Shown: positions 1 to 15,078 of the stretch, one piece after another
Position numbering within the stretch: the stretch's first letter is position 1
Layout: each line of letters starts with the position of its first letter
Assembly (NCBI GenBank): GCA_013239625.1
Contig: MU053881.1
Coordinates: 1,240,001 to 1,304,000, forward strand
Length of the DNA stretch: 64,000 nt
Origin: Lama guanicoe
Lineage: Eukaryota
Reading direction: 5' to 3'
The notes under the pieces: generated by a model
The model's input: only the letters and a program-made list of their open reading frames with translations
The model's database searches: none
Told to the model about the DNA's origin: nothing
Position numbers and translations under genes: made by a program

Positions 1-393
1 TCAAGTCATCAGCGGCTGCCGCCAACCCCCAGTGAAGACAAGCCTGCAGCCCGGCCTCTGCAGCCACTCACAGTGGTGCCGAGGGGACTCAGAATAATAA
101 AGGCCCTAGATAGCTAGGTGCTTGTCAAAGGAATGAATTCAGTGAGCCCAAAAGTTTGCTTCCTCCCATACATAGAAAAGCACTACATTCTTTAACTTGA
201 GATGCCTGGTTCTCTTTAGATAACAAGCAATCTTTTATTGTTCCAACTACCTGGTCTTTGATGTAGAGCTCCTATATATCCTAGCTCCTCGCCTACCTCT
301 TTGGAGCAGTCCCTCAGAGCAATCTGAGAGGCTGTCATCCCGGCTCGAGTCCTCCCGCTCGACGTTAAGGCTGCGCATTTATTTCAGCCGACA
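1..393 (+). mobile_element. 3' part of an ERV-type solo LTR, cut by the window edge
   Basis: TATA-like run at about 274-280, LTR-like R/U5 composition and terminal ...TTTCAGCCGACA at 393. Family not verified. Confidence 0.55.
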
Positions 394-988
394 CTACCAA
401 ATTCATCGGAATTTCCCCACTCAAATGAATGCTGTCTCCTTCAAAGTGGAGTCCACATCCTTATTCTAAAGGAGCTGGCACTGCTCAAAGGTTTTTTAGC
501 AACATGTTGAAATTACAAACATATTGTTTGAATGATTTCATTGATACCTAATATTGGAGTAAAAAGCCAAATGTCATTAAAATTAAAAAAAAAAAAGAGC
601 CCAGGAAATCCCACCCTCCAAAGAAAGTGTTCCAGTTTCTCTCTTCTCTCAACCCATGTAGGCTCTGCCTGACCACGTCAGAGCCTTAATTTTACCTGCA
701 AAAGTGGAAAGGCTGCAGGTCTCCATTTGAGACCAATCTGGGTTTCATTTCCAGTTGTGTCACTTGTGTGACCTCTAGAAAGCTCCATAGCTCAGACGCC
801 TACCAGGATGAGCCCAATGTGGAGGGTGGAGATTGGGGAAGAAAGGAGCAAGTGGGTCAAGTTCCTGCGTGAGACTGGATGGGAAAAAGCTCCCCATCAG
901 GGGGAGGAAGTATGCCCACGCTCCTACCACGACCCTCAAGTCAGCTAAGGCAATTCTGAGGAGAACCCACAGCAACCCCCGTACTCAC

Positions 989-1021
989 CTGGACCACAGG
1001 TGACAGGCGCCTGACTGCCAT
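989..1021 (-). CDS. ZNF454: First coding exon of KRAB zinc-finger gene ZNF454 (MAVRRLSPVVQ); the rest of the gene lies left of the window
   Basis: ATG at 1021, 11 codons, then CAG|GTGAGT donor at 989/988. Acceptor TTTTGACCCAG at 1110 gives exon 989-1109. Resembles the remembered human ZNF454 N-terminus (MAVSHLPTMVQ) and fits the order ZNF354B-ZFP2-ZNF454. Confidence 0.75.
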
Positions 1022-1999
1022 CCCTTCTTCTCTGATGAGGCCTTTTAAGGACAAGCAGAGCAGAACTCCTCAGGCTGGAAGCTTCTACACGCCTTTTACG
1101 AGGAGAGGCCTGGGTCAAAAGACATCACACAGCAGTCCAGAGTGGGGCTTTGAGCATGGCACTCTGGGGGTCCTCCAGCACCCCAAGCAGTCAGTTCTTA
1201 GTCCCTATTTGCTCCCACTCCTCTCTCCTCCTTCTGCGGGTATTTCTGCGGGCCGCCGCTACAAGGGGAATATAGCTCACCAGGCTGCTACTCCCACCAC
1301 CCTCCACCAATTTCCCCCCAGCAATCTGGGTCAAATTCTCCATATCTTCCCTTTTGTATCTTAAAATGCTCGACTTCTCCTTGAAGAAAGCCTGCCCCAG
1401 CCCCTTCTCACACTTTCTACACACCCTCTGGCCTTCTGCCCTTGTTATGCTGAGAGACCTAAGAAAGGTGTGTCTCCTACCTGGACACCTGCCTGAACCT
1501 AGGAGGGGAGTGAAGGAAATGGGCAAGGAGGGTCGTCTTTTCTCCTCAAAAAGGAAGCTAAGAAGTCTGGGGCTTCATTGTTGAGATGCTTCTCTGGCAG
1601 AGCCTTTTTCTGGCCTCAGGTCTCTCCCTCACTGGGGCCCTGTTTGGGTGACCTGGAGTCAAAAGTGGGCGAGAAGCAGTGTCTTTGCCGGGGTGAGGGG
1701 TAGGGGTGCAGGACGCAATGGATCTTAATCGCACACCCCTCCTCGTGCCCCCTGCCGCTCTGCCCCGTCCCCTGGGGAGCTGCTGCCCGGGCCTCAGCGA
1801 GTTCCGAATACAAGGCTCAGAACCACACGGGGAGCATCTACTCCAGAGCGTAAATGGGCTTCCCGGACTCTGTTCCAAGATAACGCCAGAGGCCCTGACC
1901 GCATCCTCCTCCACATGCACCCGCGGATTTGGACCCCTAACCCAAGTGCCCACATCTGGCCTTTTTGTCCTGGGAGTCAAACCTTAGCCATACATCCAG

Positions 2000-2990
2000 A
2001 GAAGTTTGGGGCATCAGATGAGCGTCCTCCAGAACGGACCACGACCCAGACCTACTCGGTTTGCATCCACCCTCCCCACCAGGCTCGACCACCCCAAGGC
2101 CAATCCTGCTCTCCCGATGTGGCCCTGGCCACCGCGCCTGGTCACCACTGGGACGCACTTCGAGGAGCTTCTGCCGGCGGCGAGAGATCGCCAGCGCCAC
2201 ATCGCCGGCAGAGCACAATGAGCTGGAGTCCGCAGCCCGGGGCGGGACTGCGCTTGCGCGTTGCCCAGGGAACCGCGGAGCGGAGCTGCGGCGCTTCTCC
2301 TTCCCGGACTCCACTTCCCAGAGGGCGAATCCGCGGCGGGCGCCTGCGCCAGCGGCGGGCGGAGAAAGTGATATCGCGCGCCTGCGCCCCCGCCCAGGCC
2401 CGGGGGTTTCCACGCTGAAACTACATTTCCCAGAGGCCTCGTCGGGGGCGTCACGGTTCCTTTGGCAACTGACCCCCAGCGTGCTAACCCGCAGGTGCGG
2501 ATTTGGTTGCGTTCCGGTCAAACCAGGGAAGATGAGGGACCGGCGAAGAGTTGGGGACGGGATAGGGGAGGCCAGTCCGGGCGAGCGGCGCCTGGTCCGG
2601 TGAGGAGAGTGGGTCCCGGGCAGCACCCCCCCCCCCAGTACGGTGTAGGAGGCGACAAGCCGAAAAGGCGCGCTCCTGATGGGGGGCTGGGCCCGGGGGA
2701 CGCAAAAGCCGCCAAGCGTGGCCTGCGGCGGGGCCGGGGCGTGCTGGGCAGGGGGCCGGCAGACGGGGAAGGAGGCTGCCGCGGCGCTGGAGGCCGGGCC
2801 CGGGGCGGTGGCCGGGGACCGAGGGCACGGCGCGCGGGAGCCTCCCACGACGGGGGATAGGCTGGGTCCTCCACGGCGTATCCGGAGGACGGTGTGGGAC
2901 GCCAAGGAGGCTGTGCGGTACACCTGGGGCGGGGGGTTGGGAAGGTGGGATTTATTTTTGTGGACAGTGTTTTGCGGGGGCGGGCAAGGA
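2000..2990. promoter_or_regulatory. CpG-island promoter of ZNF454 with ZNF143/SBS motifs
   Basis: Very high GC and CpG content. ACTACATTTCCCAGAGGCC at 2420-2438 and degenerate ACTCCACTTCCCAGAGGGC at 2308-2326. Confidence 0.8.
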
Positions 2991-3214
2991 CGAAATACAG
3001 AAAGACCCGACTGTAGGTATTAAGTTGCCTTTGAATATATATTTTCACGGAGCTCAGAAAGGAAAGATGAGAAGACTTTAACTTTGTGGCCAAACAAAAC
3101 CCGAAACCCCCCAAGGACGGGACCTGAGATTTATCAGTGAGGAAACTGTTGGCCACCTCTGAGTGAGCAGTGTCAGTGACACTAGGCATTCTGTTTCGGG
3201 TTTTATTGAAGATT

Positions 3215-3800
3215 TCGTTCTATAGACACTGTTGGAGCACTTACCTGTCAAGTACTGTTCTAGAGGCAGGGGAAATGGCAGTGAAAGCCCGCACTCAGGC
3301 AGGCTGCACTTTACTGGGAATGGCAGTCAGCAAAACAGATACACAATATTTATTAGCTGGTGATGACACGGTGAGGCTGTATTAAAGTTTAGAGTGTGAC
3401 GGGGGTGAGGAGGTGGGGATTATCTTAAGCAGTGTTTTTAGAAGTTTCCTCTGAGGAGGTTAACATTTGAGCAGAGACTTGCATGCAGTGAGGGAGGAAA
3501 CCGTGTGCCCATCTGGGGAGAGAAGAGAAACGCTGACCAGAGATGGAAGCGTGTTTGGTGAGTTTGTGGCTTAGCGAGGCCAGTTTGACAGGAGAGGGCA
3601 CAGTGAAGGAGGGAGAGTGGGAGGGGAGGTTGGAAGGGTAACCAGAGGCCTTGAAGGCCACTGTAGAAAGTGTGGATTTATTCTGTGTGTAATGGGGAAC
3701 CATTAAAGGGGTTTGAGCAGGAGAGTGGCGTGGCTGAACACATTTAGACACAATCACTGGTCAGCTGTGGGAGAACGGGCTGCGTGGGGCCAGAGGGAGG
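3215..3800 (-). mobile_element. L2 LINE 3' fragment
   Basis: Purine-rich L2-like motifs (GGTTAACATTTGAGCAGAGAC, GGGGAACCATTAAAGGGGTTTGAGCAGGAGAGTG). Confidence 0.6.
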
Positions 3801-4679
3801 GCAGGCAACCCAGGCCGGAGAGACAGGCGCCCACAATCGTACGACCTTCCTACAGGGCCTTTGCTTTGAGAACTCCGTGATTCTAAGATAGTTAAGGGCT
3901 CTGGATGCCATGCTGAGAAGTTTGGATTATTATTCTGTTTTCGGGTATAGGAGAATGATGATAATAAAATATTTATTGAGTACTAAATGTGTCGGGCACT
4001 TTTATAAGCACTTTACATTAGTGTTGGCTGTAACCCAGAGCTCAGCAGTTTGCACTATTAATAAGTAAACTGAGACAGTGATATACTAAGTGCTCTCCCC
4101 AAGGTCTCATGACTGGAGAGAAGGCGCGGAGGTTGTTACCTGCTGCCCAGGACGGCTGAGAACTGACAGACAAGGGCCCCAAAGCTTCTAAAAATGAAAA
4201 AGTAGTGAAACCTTCATTTATTGGACCCATTGCTGCTGCTGCTCCCTCTAAGGGTTCATACTTTACCAATTTTGGGTTGTTGCATCCATCTTAGGCTTCA
4301 GTACACTTTCTTCTTCTTCTCCCCCTTGTCGTCTGCCTCTCTTTTGAGACTTTAATTTTGCTGCCGTCTTTATCATTTTTCATCTATTTCCTACCCACCT
4401 CTCTGCCTCCTTTTCATCCATTTCTCTATCTTGAGATCAGGTGGGGAACAAGAAAAAGAATTATGTGAAGGGAAAGGAGGAAACTGGGTGTAAGGGAGAG
4501 GCATTATTAAAAACCTAAGTTCCTGAGGATATAATTAACTCAGTGTTTCATTCCCCCTTAGTCTTTGCCTCCATAGAGGTCCCGTAGCACAGACTGAACT
4601 ACCCAAGGTCCAAACAGCCAGACTCCATAGGGAGCCTCCTCCATTGCTACCCACAGATATCTTCTGTACCCATCATTTC

Positions 4680-4814
4680 CTCTTTTTAAAAAAATTTTCT
4701 TGGAGGGGAGGTAATTAGGTTTATTTATTTTTAGAAGAGGTACTGGGGATTTAACCCAGGACCTCGTGCATGCTAAGCACGTGCTCTAGTGCTTGAGCTA
4801 CACCCTCCCCACTT
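4680..4814 (-). mobile_element. tRNA-derived SINE (camelid Vic-1-like) with 15-bp target-site duplication
   Basis: Minus strand reads GGGGAGGGTGTAGCTCAAGCACTAGAGCACGTGCTTAGCATGCACGAGGTCCTGGGTTAAATCCCCAGTACC followed by AAATAAATAAACCTAATTACCTCCCC. TSD TGTACCCATCATTTC at 4665-4679 and 4815-4829. Confidence 0.85.
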
Positions 4815-5029
4815 TGTACCCATCATTTCTTGATTCCTACCTCTCCTGGTGGAAAGTTTCCTTCGTCCTGTTGAAAAAGATCCCTGTAGCCGCCACCTGT
4901 GCCCCAAACCCATTTCCCTACTTTGAGCTGCACGTCCCCTCCTTTCTGCACCTTCAGATGCTCCATGTTTATGCAGTGATAAACATGCTCAGTTCTTCTA
5001 CCTCATACACTCTTGACAGACTGTTCGTT

Positions 5030-5460
5030 GGCTACAACACCTTTCTCCACCCACCCTTTCTTTGCCCACCTCCATTACAGAGGCTGGAAGAGCTAAATAC
5101 TTATTTTTTTCAGCCTCCTTTGCACCTAGCCTCCATGCAACACAGCTGTGGTCAGTGAGCTGTAAGCAGAGGTCGGCTGAGGGGCTTCTGTGAAAACCTT
5201 GCCTGGTAAAAGGCACAGGTGTTCCTTCCTGCCTTGAATGCAGCTAACTTACCTGAAGCTATGGGAGCCATCATGTGACATCACAGAAAAGTCCTGAAAC
5301 TCAGGGCACTGAATAATTTTGTCTTTGAACCAGTGCCAACCACCTCCATATTTGTTATGAGAGAAAAATAAATCCCTGGTTGCTTGTAAGGCACTGTTAT
5401 CTGGGCTTTCTCTTATTTGTAGCCGATATATACACCCTCTGTATATGTATTCTGATACAG
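5030..5460 (+). mobile_element. MaLR (MLT1-like) solo LTR
   Basis: 3' end AAATAAATCCC...GGCACTGTTATCTGGG...TTCTGATACA is typical of MLT1. Boundaries approximate. Confidence 0.5.
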
Positions 5461-7132
5461 ACACCCCCTCTCAACCACAGTCTCCCCCCGGTTATCTTCC
5501 TAAATCTCGCCTTTCTCAGGCAAGCTGCGAAGTCCTTTTCAACCTCTAACTCACTCTTCAAGCCACTAAAATTTACAGGTTACCCATACCCAAAACCAAA
5601 GGCCATTTTCTATTTTTATCTTCCTGTAGTCCTCTGCAGCACTGGAAAATACTAACTGTCCCTGTCCCTATGCTAAAATTCTTCTACTTCTGTGCTGCCA
5701 CCTTCTCCTGATTTTTGTTTTTCATTCTTCTTTTGCTTATCGTTTCCCCTCAGCTTCTACTGATTCCACTTTGCCCACTGACTGCGGTCAGTGACAGCAC
5801 TCCCAGAGAACCCTGGGTCACTGGCCTTCAACTTACTCTGCTGCCCGGACATCCGCTTGGGTGCCCACAACTCACAGGATGCCCCCCAGACCGGACTCGT
5901 CACTGCCCCGCAGAACTGGTCAACTTTTCCTGTTCTTATTTATAGCACCCCATCCACCCAGATGAGTTCAGGCGCCCGTGTTTAATTGGTTGCTGTGTTA
6001 CCTGCCTTATTACTTCTGGAATTCTTCCCTCTTCCATCCCACTGCCAATTTCTTAGTCTTTGGAAAACAAAAGACTACCTTATTCATTTTGATTTCTAGA
6101 CATTCCTAGAATTAGTCATATTTAGCACTTACTAAATGTGCACAAAATAAATAAATTGCCTGAACTACTCTCCTAACTACAGGCCTCTTCAGCCTCTCCC
6201 TGTGATTACTCTGAGCATGCTGTGAGCTGCAGAGGTTTTGTTCACGTGTCGAATTTTCATCTCTGTTAGCGTTTGGCCTTTTCCCCTTGTCACTTCAGTC
6301 GTCAGAATATGAGACAAAGATGTGTGTTTGAATCCTATGGACTCAAAGGCTGTATTTGTTACAGTGTTTTCTAAATAGCTTATTTGACAATAGTTTAACG
6401 ACTGCTGAGAACTTAAAACGGCATGCTGCTGCTCTGAGACCTGTACAAGTATTCTGCCACCTGGGAGCACCGAGCCAGTGCTCCAGGGGAGAGAGTAACA
6501 ACGCGGGGGCGGGGGGGTAAGGGGCGTTGGCAGAGGTAGGGAATTTTGACTCAGAACATCCAGGGAAACCTGACTGTGGAACAGGAGCATCTGGGTGACA
6601 CACCTGACATGGTAAAAGATCGAGGATTTCCCAGCATTCATTGTATTTATAGGTTTGTAGCATTTTAGAGCTGATAGGGATCTCGGAGCCTTCTGAAAAA
6701 AAAAGTCTCTCATTTACCAAATAAGGACACTGGGACTTGGTGAAAGCAGGTGACTTGTCCAAGTCAGCGGCAGACCAGGACGACATGTCAGGCCTCCAGG
6801 CTGCCCAGTTAAGCATTCCCATTCTTCTCTCCAGTGTGAAGTCCCTACTGCCCAGAGAAGAATCTGCAGCATGACACGGCAGAATGCACCTTCCGCATGA
6901 ATGGCCCTCGTTTACAGCATCAGCTGTCTGAACCTTACTTTCACTTCTCAATCAAGGTTTCTCCACTTTTATACGGCTTCTCTGCGGTGGCCTGTCCTCT
7001 CCGATATGGTATGTTGTACTTCACCTAAGAGGTTCCAACGATCGTTACATTCACTAGGTTTCTCCATCACGTGACCTAATGGGGTTATCACTGGAGAGTT
7101 AACCACAGTGAAGGGTCCCAGGAAAGCTCTCC

Positions 7133-8713
<1,581 letters not shown>

Positions 8714-10659
8714 TCAAAGATGTCCCTACAAGGGAAGAGAGCTAGCTGTAAGGGGGGGGAAGTAGAAGCAGGGCAGGCAGAGGGCAGCGTGAGCTGTGCA
8801 GGAGGGACGGGCACCGAAGTCACCGACCACTGGACAAGGCTACATAATGAAGATGGAACAGGGGAGACAGACAGACAAGCCGGGACCGGGAGAGGCAGAC
8901 CAGGAAGCCCTGTCACGCTCCTCGGGCATCCCTGCCAGCAGTGCCTTCCCTCCTGCAGCACCGTCCGCAATTCTGACAGTAAGTCTTCACAGAGCATCAC
9001 AGTGTAACCCAAGGAAAAGACTGTCTACCCTGGAGTGAGGCAAACTTGGGTTTAAACACTGGCTAACACTTACCATCTTAAGTCATAACTTGTTTCTCTG
9101 GGTCTGAGTTTTCACAGATATAAAATGAGGATAAAATAATCTGATAAGGATTAAGTAAAATGTACATAAACTATCCTGCAGGAACACAGTTGTCTGGAAC
9201 ATCAAATACCAGGATATACTTGAAGGGAGGACGACACAACCTAAAAGCCCCCCACCTTGGCCCCCCAACTTTAAGGAGTACATAATTTTCTCACTTCCTT
9301 CAGGTGAGAGAGCCCTAAAGGGCCCCACCCTTTCCTTAAAGACAGGACCTGGTGGCAGGGGCAGGGCAGGCAGGGGGAATCTGCTGGAGATGGGGCTGAA
9401 AGAAAGACCTGGCAGCCACTCAGACTCTTATTTTCTCAGATCCCATTTCACATCCCAGACGAAACAGCCCAGAGACAATGAGAGGCAGAGGGCAGGAAGC
9501 TACAAATGGAGAGTCAGCTGGTCAGCTTGATCAGGATTACCAGACCAGAGATCCACACTGAACCAACAGACCAAAGGCCTGTGGGCAGGAGGCTTTACTG
9601 CGAAGCAAAAGGTATGTGTTAACTGGACCTCCTCCTTCCAGCCTGACCTGCTTACGAAAAGGAAGAGAAAAAGTGGAAACCCGAGTAGGCGCCACCTCTA
9701 CAGCACATACACGGCCAGGTGACCTCAGAGAGGACCTGTCTGGTCCAGCGTGAAACACCAGCAGGCACACCGGGACCGGGGCTGCCTCCTGCCCCGCCTC
9801 ACTACGTCACAGCCAGCTGTGCAACGGAGGTTCTCTGAGAACATCCTGAGTGGGGCATCTGTTCACACTGCTAGACGAAGTCCAGACAGGCAGAACTATT
9901 CAAACATTAATGATGCACAGAAGATACCCAAGTTGGGAACTAGGTAGAGGTTCAAGAAACGTTTAAGATAATAAAATCGGGAGAACGAGGGGGAAAAAGC
10001 ATAAAAACCAAACAGGAGAATAAATGCTTCCGATCATCAAAAGACATAAAAAAGAAAGTTAACAAAAAATAAACGAAAGGTACATACCAGGAGAAGATAT
10101 TTGTAACACATGACCTGAAAAGAGCTCTAGAACGTGGACTTGGGAAACAATGTCTGTGGAACACCATGCCCGCTAGAAAATGGGCCAAAGACTTGAACAG
10201 GCACTTAAGGGAAGGAACCCTGAACAGCGAGTAAACATAAGCAAAGATGCCAACCCAGCAGTAACCAGGAGAAGGCTGATTACAGCCCCCGGGAGATACT
10301 ATCACCACATGCACCGGAGTAACAATTCAAAAACTCAGGCTGACAGCTTCAGATTTTAGAAAGACACACCGTCATGGAACCTGCACGCACTGTTCGTAGG
10401 AGTGTAATTTGATTCAAGTATTTGAAAAACAGTTCAGCACAACCTAGTGATGTAAACAGGCACACAGACTGTGATCCAGCGAGTCCTCTAGCAGGTACAT
10501 ACACAAGGTAACTGGCCAAGGTCCACCGTGATTCGTAATTTTTAAAGGAGCATTGTGTACAATAGCAAAAAAATTGGAAACAACCCAAATGTCCAGCAAC
10601 AAGAGAGGGGATAATTAAACTGTCAAATGTTTATGGAACAGAATACTTGAAAACAGTGA

Positions 10660-10930
10660 ATGTTACAGATTTCATGTCTGGGTCTCCCCCAAATTTGTAT
10701 GTTGCAGCCTAAGCCCTAAAGAGACAATATTAAGAGCTGGAGTCTTCGGTCATTAAGTCATGAGGGTAAAGCCCCTTGTGATGGGATCAGCGCCCTTGTA
10801 AGAAGCGGCACACACCAGAGAGCTTGCTGTCTGCTGTGAAACAGGAGGGCCCTCACCCGAAACCCAACCGTGCTCGCACCCCGGCCTCAGACTTCCAGCC
10901 TCCAGGTAACTGGGCCTGCTCCGTGCAAGG
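10660..10930 (+). mobile_element. MLT1-like MaLR LTR fragment
   Basis: CCCCCAAATTTGTATGTTG...CCTCAGACTTCCAGCCTCCAG hallmark motifs. Confidence 0.6.
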
Positions 10931-11073
10931 AGGAACACACTTTTTGGAAACAACTACATTTATTATAGCCTTTTACATTAACTTTCCTACTAATGGAAGC
11001 AAAGATGTGTGCCTATATTAAACATTAATTAAGAGGCTTATGTTAGCATGAAGGTACAGAGTTTATGAATTCT

Positions 11074-11132
11074 GTGTGTGTGTGTGTGTGTGTGTACACA
11101 CACATATATTTACACACACACACACACATATA
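11074..11132. repeat. (TG)n/(CA)n compound microsatellite
   Basis: Directly visible. Confidence 0.9.
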
Positions 11133-13069
11133 CTCAGAGGCAGCGACCCAGTACATCTCTGAGAGGGATACAAAAATCATGTATAAAACATGAACAGGTT
11201 TCCATGTTCACAGGTAGTTCAAGGTAGCTTCCTGGACAGCTTAACATGTCATAGAACCCTAACGGCACCTTATTTTTCAGACATAATCTTTGATAATAGA
11301 TTTCTAATCCTTTACCCACGTTCTTACCTTTGTTTCCTTCATAACTGAAACCTTAACTGATTTAAGTCCAATGACCGCTGATCAAAGGATAAAAATTCAC
11401 TGCTTTCCACATTCCATAACTTCCTTTTCCATGTCAGCAAGTTAACTAGATAAAACTGCCTCTAGGAACAACACTTTTATCTTTACATTTGCGACACAGC
11501 TTTTATAAGACACGAGCAAAATTTAACAAAGCATTCAACAACTGTACACACGGACACTTCAGTACAGGAAAAGAAAACCATCATCTAAAAAAGAAAATTA
11601 GGCCAGGAGGCACAAGTTCTATTTTTTCAGAGCAAGGCAAGGAAAGAAAGTTATGATTTTTTTTTACAATTGGCATTAAGCTCGAAGACCCAAGAAAACA
11701 AAGAGCCTGGTTCAAACTCCGGCCTGCCCTTTGACTTCTCTGGGCCTGCTCCCTCCACCGCCGAGGGGCTGGGAGTACCCACCCTGGGGGAGTGTGCTGC
11801 TGGGTCGATCAGATGACGCCGGGGCGGGAGCTGAGCACGGCGCTCAGCTGCCGCTTTCTCATCTTGGGTTTGGACCGCACAGTGAGACCAACGGGTGGCT
11901 TAATCTGGCAATAACGGCGGAGAAAACCAGGAAAGAACAAGACCTGGCGTTTGCACACCATCACGTTTTCTGGGCTCCGTTCTCTGCCTCCTCGTTTCTG
12001 TGTTGAGTTTCTCCTCTCTCAAGGATGTCCCTCTGCTCTTGCAAATGCATTCAAGGCTTTTCCTTGGTCAAAAGCACACAGGAGGCACTTGAGCTCTGAC
12101 TTCTTTCAGTTCCTGCCCTTCTTTTTCCTTCAAAGTAAACCTTGTTGAAAGGACAGTCTGTACCTAGAAGACTTTGCTTGTTTCCTTCCTCACGCTCCCA
12201 CCCACCGCACGTTTCCCGCAGACCACAGCGGTCTTCCCCGGGTCCCAGGCCACCTCCTCAACGCTCAGACCAGCGACACTTCTCATTTCTTACTTGGCAT
12301 GCCACCCTCTTCTCTGTTTTTCTCTCTTCCCTTGACCCAGCTCTCCTCCATAAACTCTCTCCTCCCTCTCTGACCACTCCTTTTATTCACTGAGATACAT
12401 GTCACAAATATGATTATAACTCTCAAAGCTATAGTTTTACCTGATTACTAAACATTCTACTTAATGCCATCTAATAGTCACTCAACAAACATAGTAAACA
12501 CCTACTCTGGCAGACAGTGTGCTAGGCAGGGGATACATAAAGAGAAGTAAACTCAGTCGTGACAATTCCATGAGCCTACATATTAGTGGCGAGACGAATA
12601 TTCAAAGAGACAGGAAAAATACGGTATGAAATGCAGCATGTAAGTGAAGAATCTTTAGGATTCAGGCCAACAGAGAAGTTGGAACATGGGTAAAAATGTG
12701 GGAGAGGAAACACAGCATGAACAATACCTTTGTTTGCCTCTGCTGCTTCCATAAAACCCACCAACATGACAGCGGCATAATGAAAAAGTCATAAACAAAT
12801 CCACTAAAATAATCTGGGGAGGAAAGAGGGAAAGGCTGCATGCACATGCCAAAAGAGAACAAAAACAAACCCAAAAACCCCAACCAAAAAAATAATTTAT
12901 ATATCCTCCTACAGTCAAGAGAAGTTAATGCATGCATTTAAAAAGATTGCTATTTAAAAAGGAGGAGCACTCTGAGGTTAGAAGGAGCACAGAAATAGAA
13001 AACACGAGAGTAGAAATAAGTTTTCTCACAGAAGGGCTGGAAGGCAAAATTTAAGCAAACCTTGGCATC

Positions 13070-13440
13070 CCGCACCCTTCCCTTCACACAATGCCATGCG
13101 ATTTACTGCAGGGTCTTTGCACCTGCTGTTCCCGGTACCCAGAATGTTCTCCCACGTGGCCCATCACTCTTGAGTATCTGTTCAGTATCCCTTTAAGAAG
13201 AGGCCTTCCCTGGACACCCCTGTAGAGCAGCACTCTGCTAACTGATTGACTTTCCTTACGATGCTCTGTTTTCCACACAGCACCCGACTACCACATTCAT
13301 TCCCCACCTTCTCCCTCCCTGCCTTCTTTCTTTATTAATTTATTGTCTCCCTGCTAGACTGTAAGCTCCACGTGGAAACTACCTGTTTTGCTGCTGCTCT
13401 GTCCACAGTGTTAGGAACAGGGCCTAGTGCTCCAAAAATA
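13070..13440 (+). mobile_element. L2 LINE 3' fragment
   Basis: CAGGGTCTTTGCACCTGCTGTTCCC...GAGGCCTTCCCTG...CTAGACTGTAAGCTCC motifs. Confidence 0.65.
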
Positions 13441-14029
13441 TCTGGTGGTTATTTATATAAGAATACAAATAGCGATAGTAATCGAATCCACAGAAATCTG
13501 TAATAAAGTTATATCAAAGCTACCTTAAGTGATCATTTTATACTTAAAAAATTAGCATTCAAAATATAAGATGATATCCAAAAGTCGTGCAATATGCAGT
13601 AGAGCCAGGAAGACGTGTACATCCTTCGACCCGCTGGCTCTTCTAGAATCCTGCTCTTTAGAAAGCTTGCTGGAAACAAGCCGTGGTGTTCCTAAGATGA
13701 TTTTTATTCCTATCAATATTTTTTATAAAGATTTCTTTTATTACTTTTTACTTAGGTAGCTGTACACTATCCAGAGATCAAACAGTATTGGCCTCTCTCT
13801 TCAATTTAAACAATGTATAAAAAGAAGTGGTGATCAACACTTCCGTGTCTAGTAGTAAAGATAAAGGTGTTCCATGTGGAGAAAAGTCAGGGATAACGTC
13901 TAAAAGAGAAATTCCAGTTGTGAGGGGGGTTAGAAGGCTGATAACAAAGAGCAAGAAGCATTCAGTGCTTAGAGGAGCGTGGGACTGAATAGGAAGCAGA
14001 TGCAGATTAAACACTGAGGGACAAGAACA

Positions 14030-14165
14030 GGCGGGTGTAGCTCAGTGGTAGAGCGTGTGCTTAGCATGCACAAGGTCCTGGGTTCAATCCTCAGTACCTC
14101 CATTAAAAAATAAACAAATAAATAAAAATATAATTATCTCCCCATACCCAAAATAAATAAATTAA
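14030..14165 (+). mobile_element. tRNA-derived SINE (Vic-1-like)
   Basis: A box TAGCTCAGTGG, B box GGTTCAATCC, then A-rich tail and TAATTATCTCCCC. Confidence 0.85.
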
Positions 14166-14703
14166 GAAAAAATGCTACAAATGTAGCTGTTTCTGAGGCA
14201 ATGGAAATGTTTGTGCCAGTTATAAAATTCTGGTTTCTGAAGTGAAAAAAAAGTGAATGAAGGGCTTCAAATGGCAAAGTTTCCTCTTTTATGGGTGAGC
14301 TGTATTCCATTACATATACATGCTGCATCTTCTTTATCCATTCATCTGCTTACGTGCACTTACAATGCTCCATATCTTGGCAATTACAAATAATGTTGCT
14401 ATTAATAGCAGGGTGTATGTATCTGTTTGAGTGAATTCTTATTTTGTGGTTGGCTTTATTCCTTTGATAACTCTGTAAGTTTAAAAAGCTAAAGCTCTAA
14501 ACGTTCTTAAGAACAATGAACAGTACATATATATAAATTTTAAAAAATGCGTGCACCTCGGGAGGGTGAGCGACACCAGCAATGCGGAGGCATCTGAGAA
14601 AACACACAGCAAGTGGTGCAGGTCTTAAGAGACCAAGGGAGCCCTGACGTGGTTCTCCCCATGGTGCCGCTCCCGGGGCGAGTGCTGGCAGCCTGATCCT
14701 TGC

Positions 14704-14793
14704 CCGGGGAGAGGCACCCTGGGCGTTCTTTTGTCCTCAGGCTTAGTTCTTGCTCCAGCTGAGAAGTCACATTTGGTTTGGAAAGATGGTGCC
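14704..14793 (-). pseudogene. Fossil KRAB-B exon of ZFP2
   Basis: Acceptor TTCTGAGCAG. The 90 nt read (G)HHLSKPNVTSQLEQELSLRTKERPGCLSP, similar to KRAB-B SKPDVISQLEQ. Donor is GC (G|GCAAGG). Confidence 0.8.
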
Positions 14794-15078
14794 CTGCTCA
14801 GAAGGAGAGACACTAAATGTGGGTTCTGAAATGAGTTTGAGCACCACTCCCAGCCCATGTCTCATCGCTTCCCCTCAGGGCTTCTGAGGTTCCCATTTTC
14901 CCTTTTCTACAGAAAACGCTTTTCGCCTTGAAAGAGAGAACACCAAGCAGCCCGCCCTGAGGCGACGCCTGTAGCATCAGGATGCCAAGCCCAGTTCATG
15001 ACGTTCACAGGCTGCACAAGACGACAAAGGCGGGAAGGTGGCAGCAGGCAGGCCTGAGTTACAAGGAGACGTCCTTCC

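Noticed and set aside
1937..2923. 328-aa and overlapping ORFs
   Set aside because: Pro/Arg/Gly/Ala-rich, open in several frames because of CpG-island composition; no recognisable domain.
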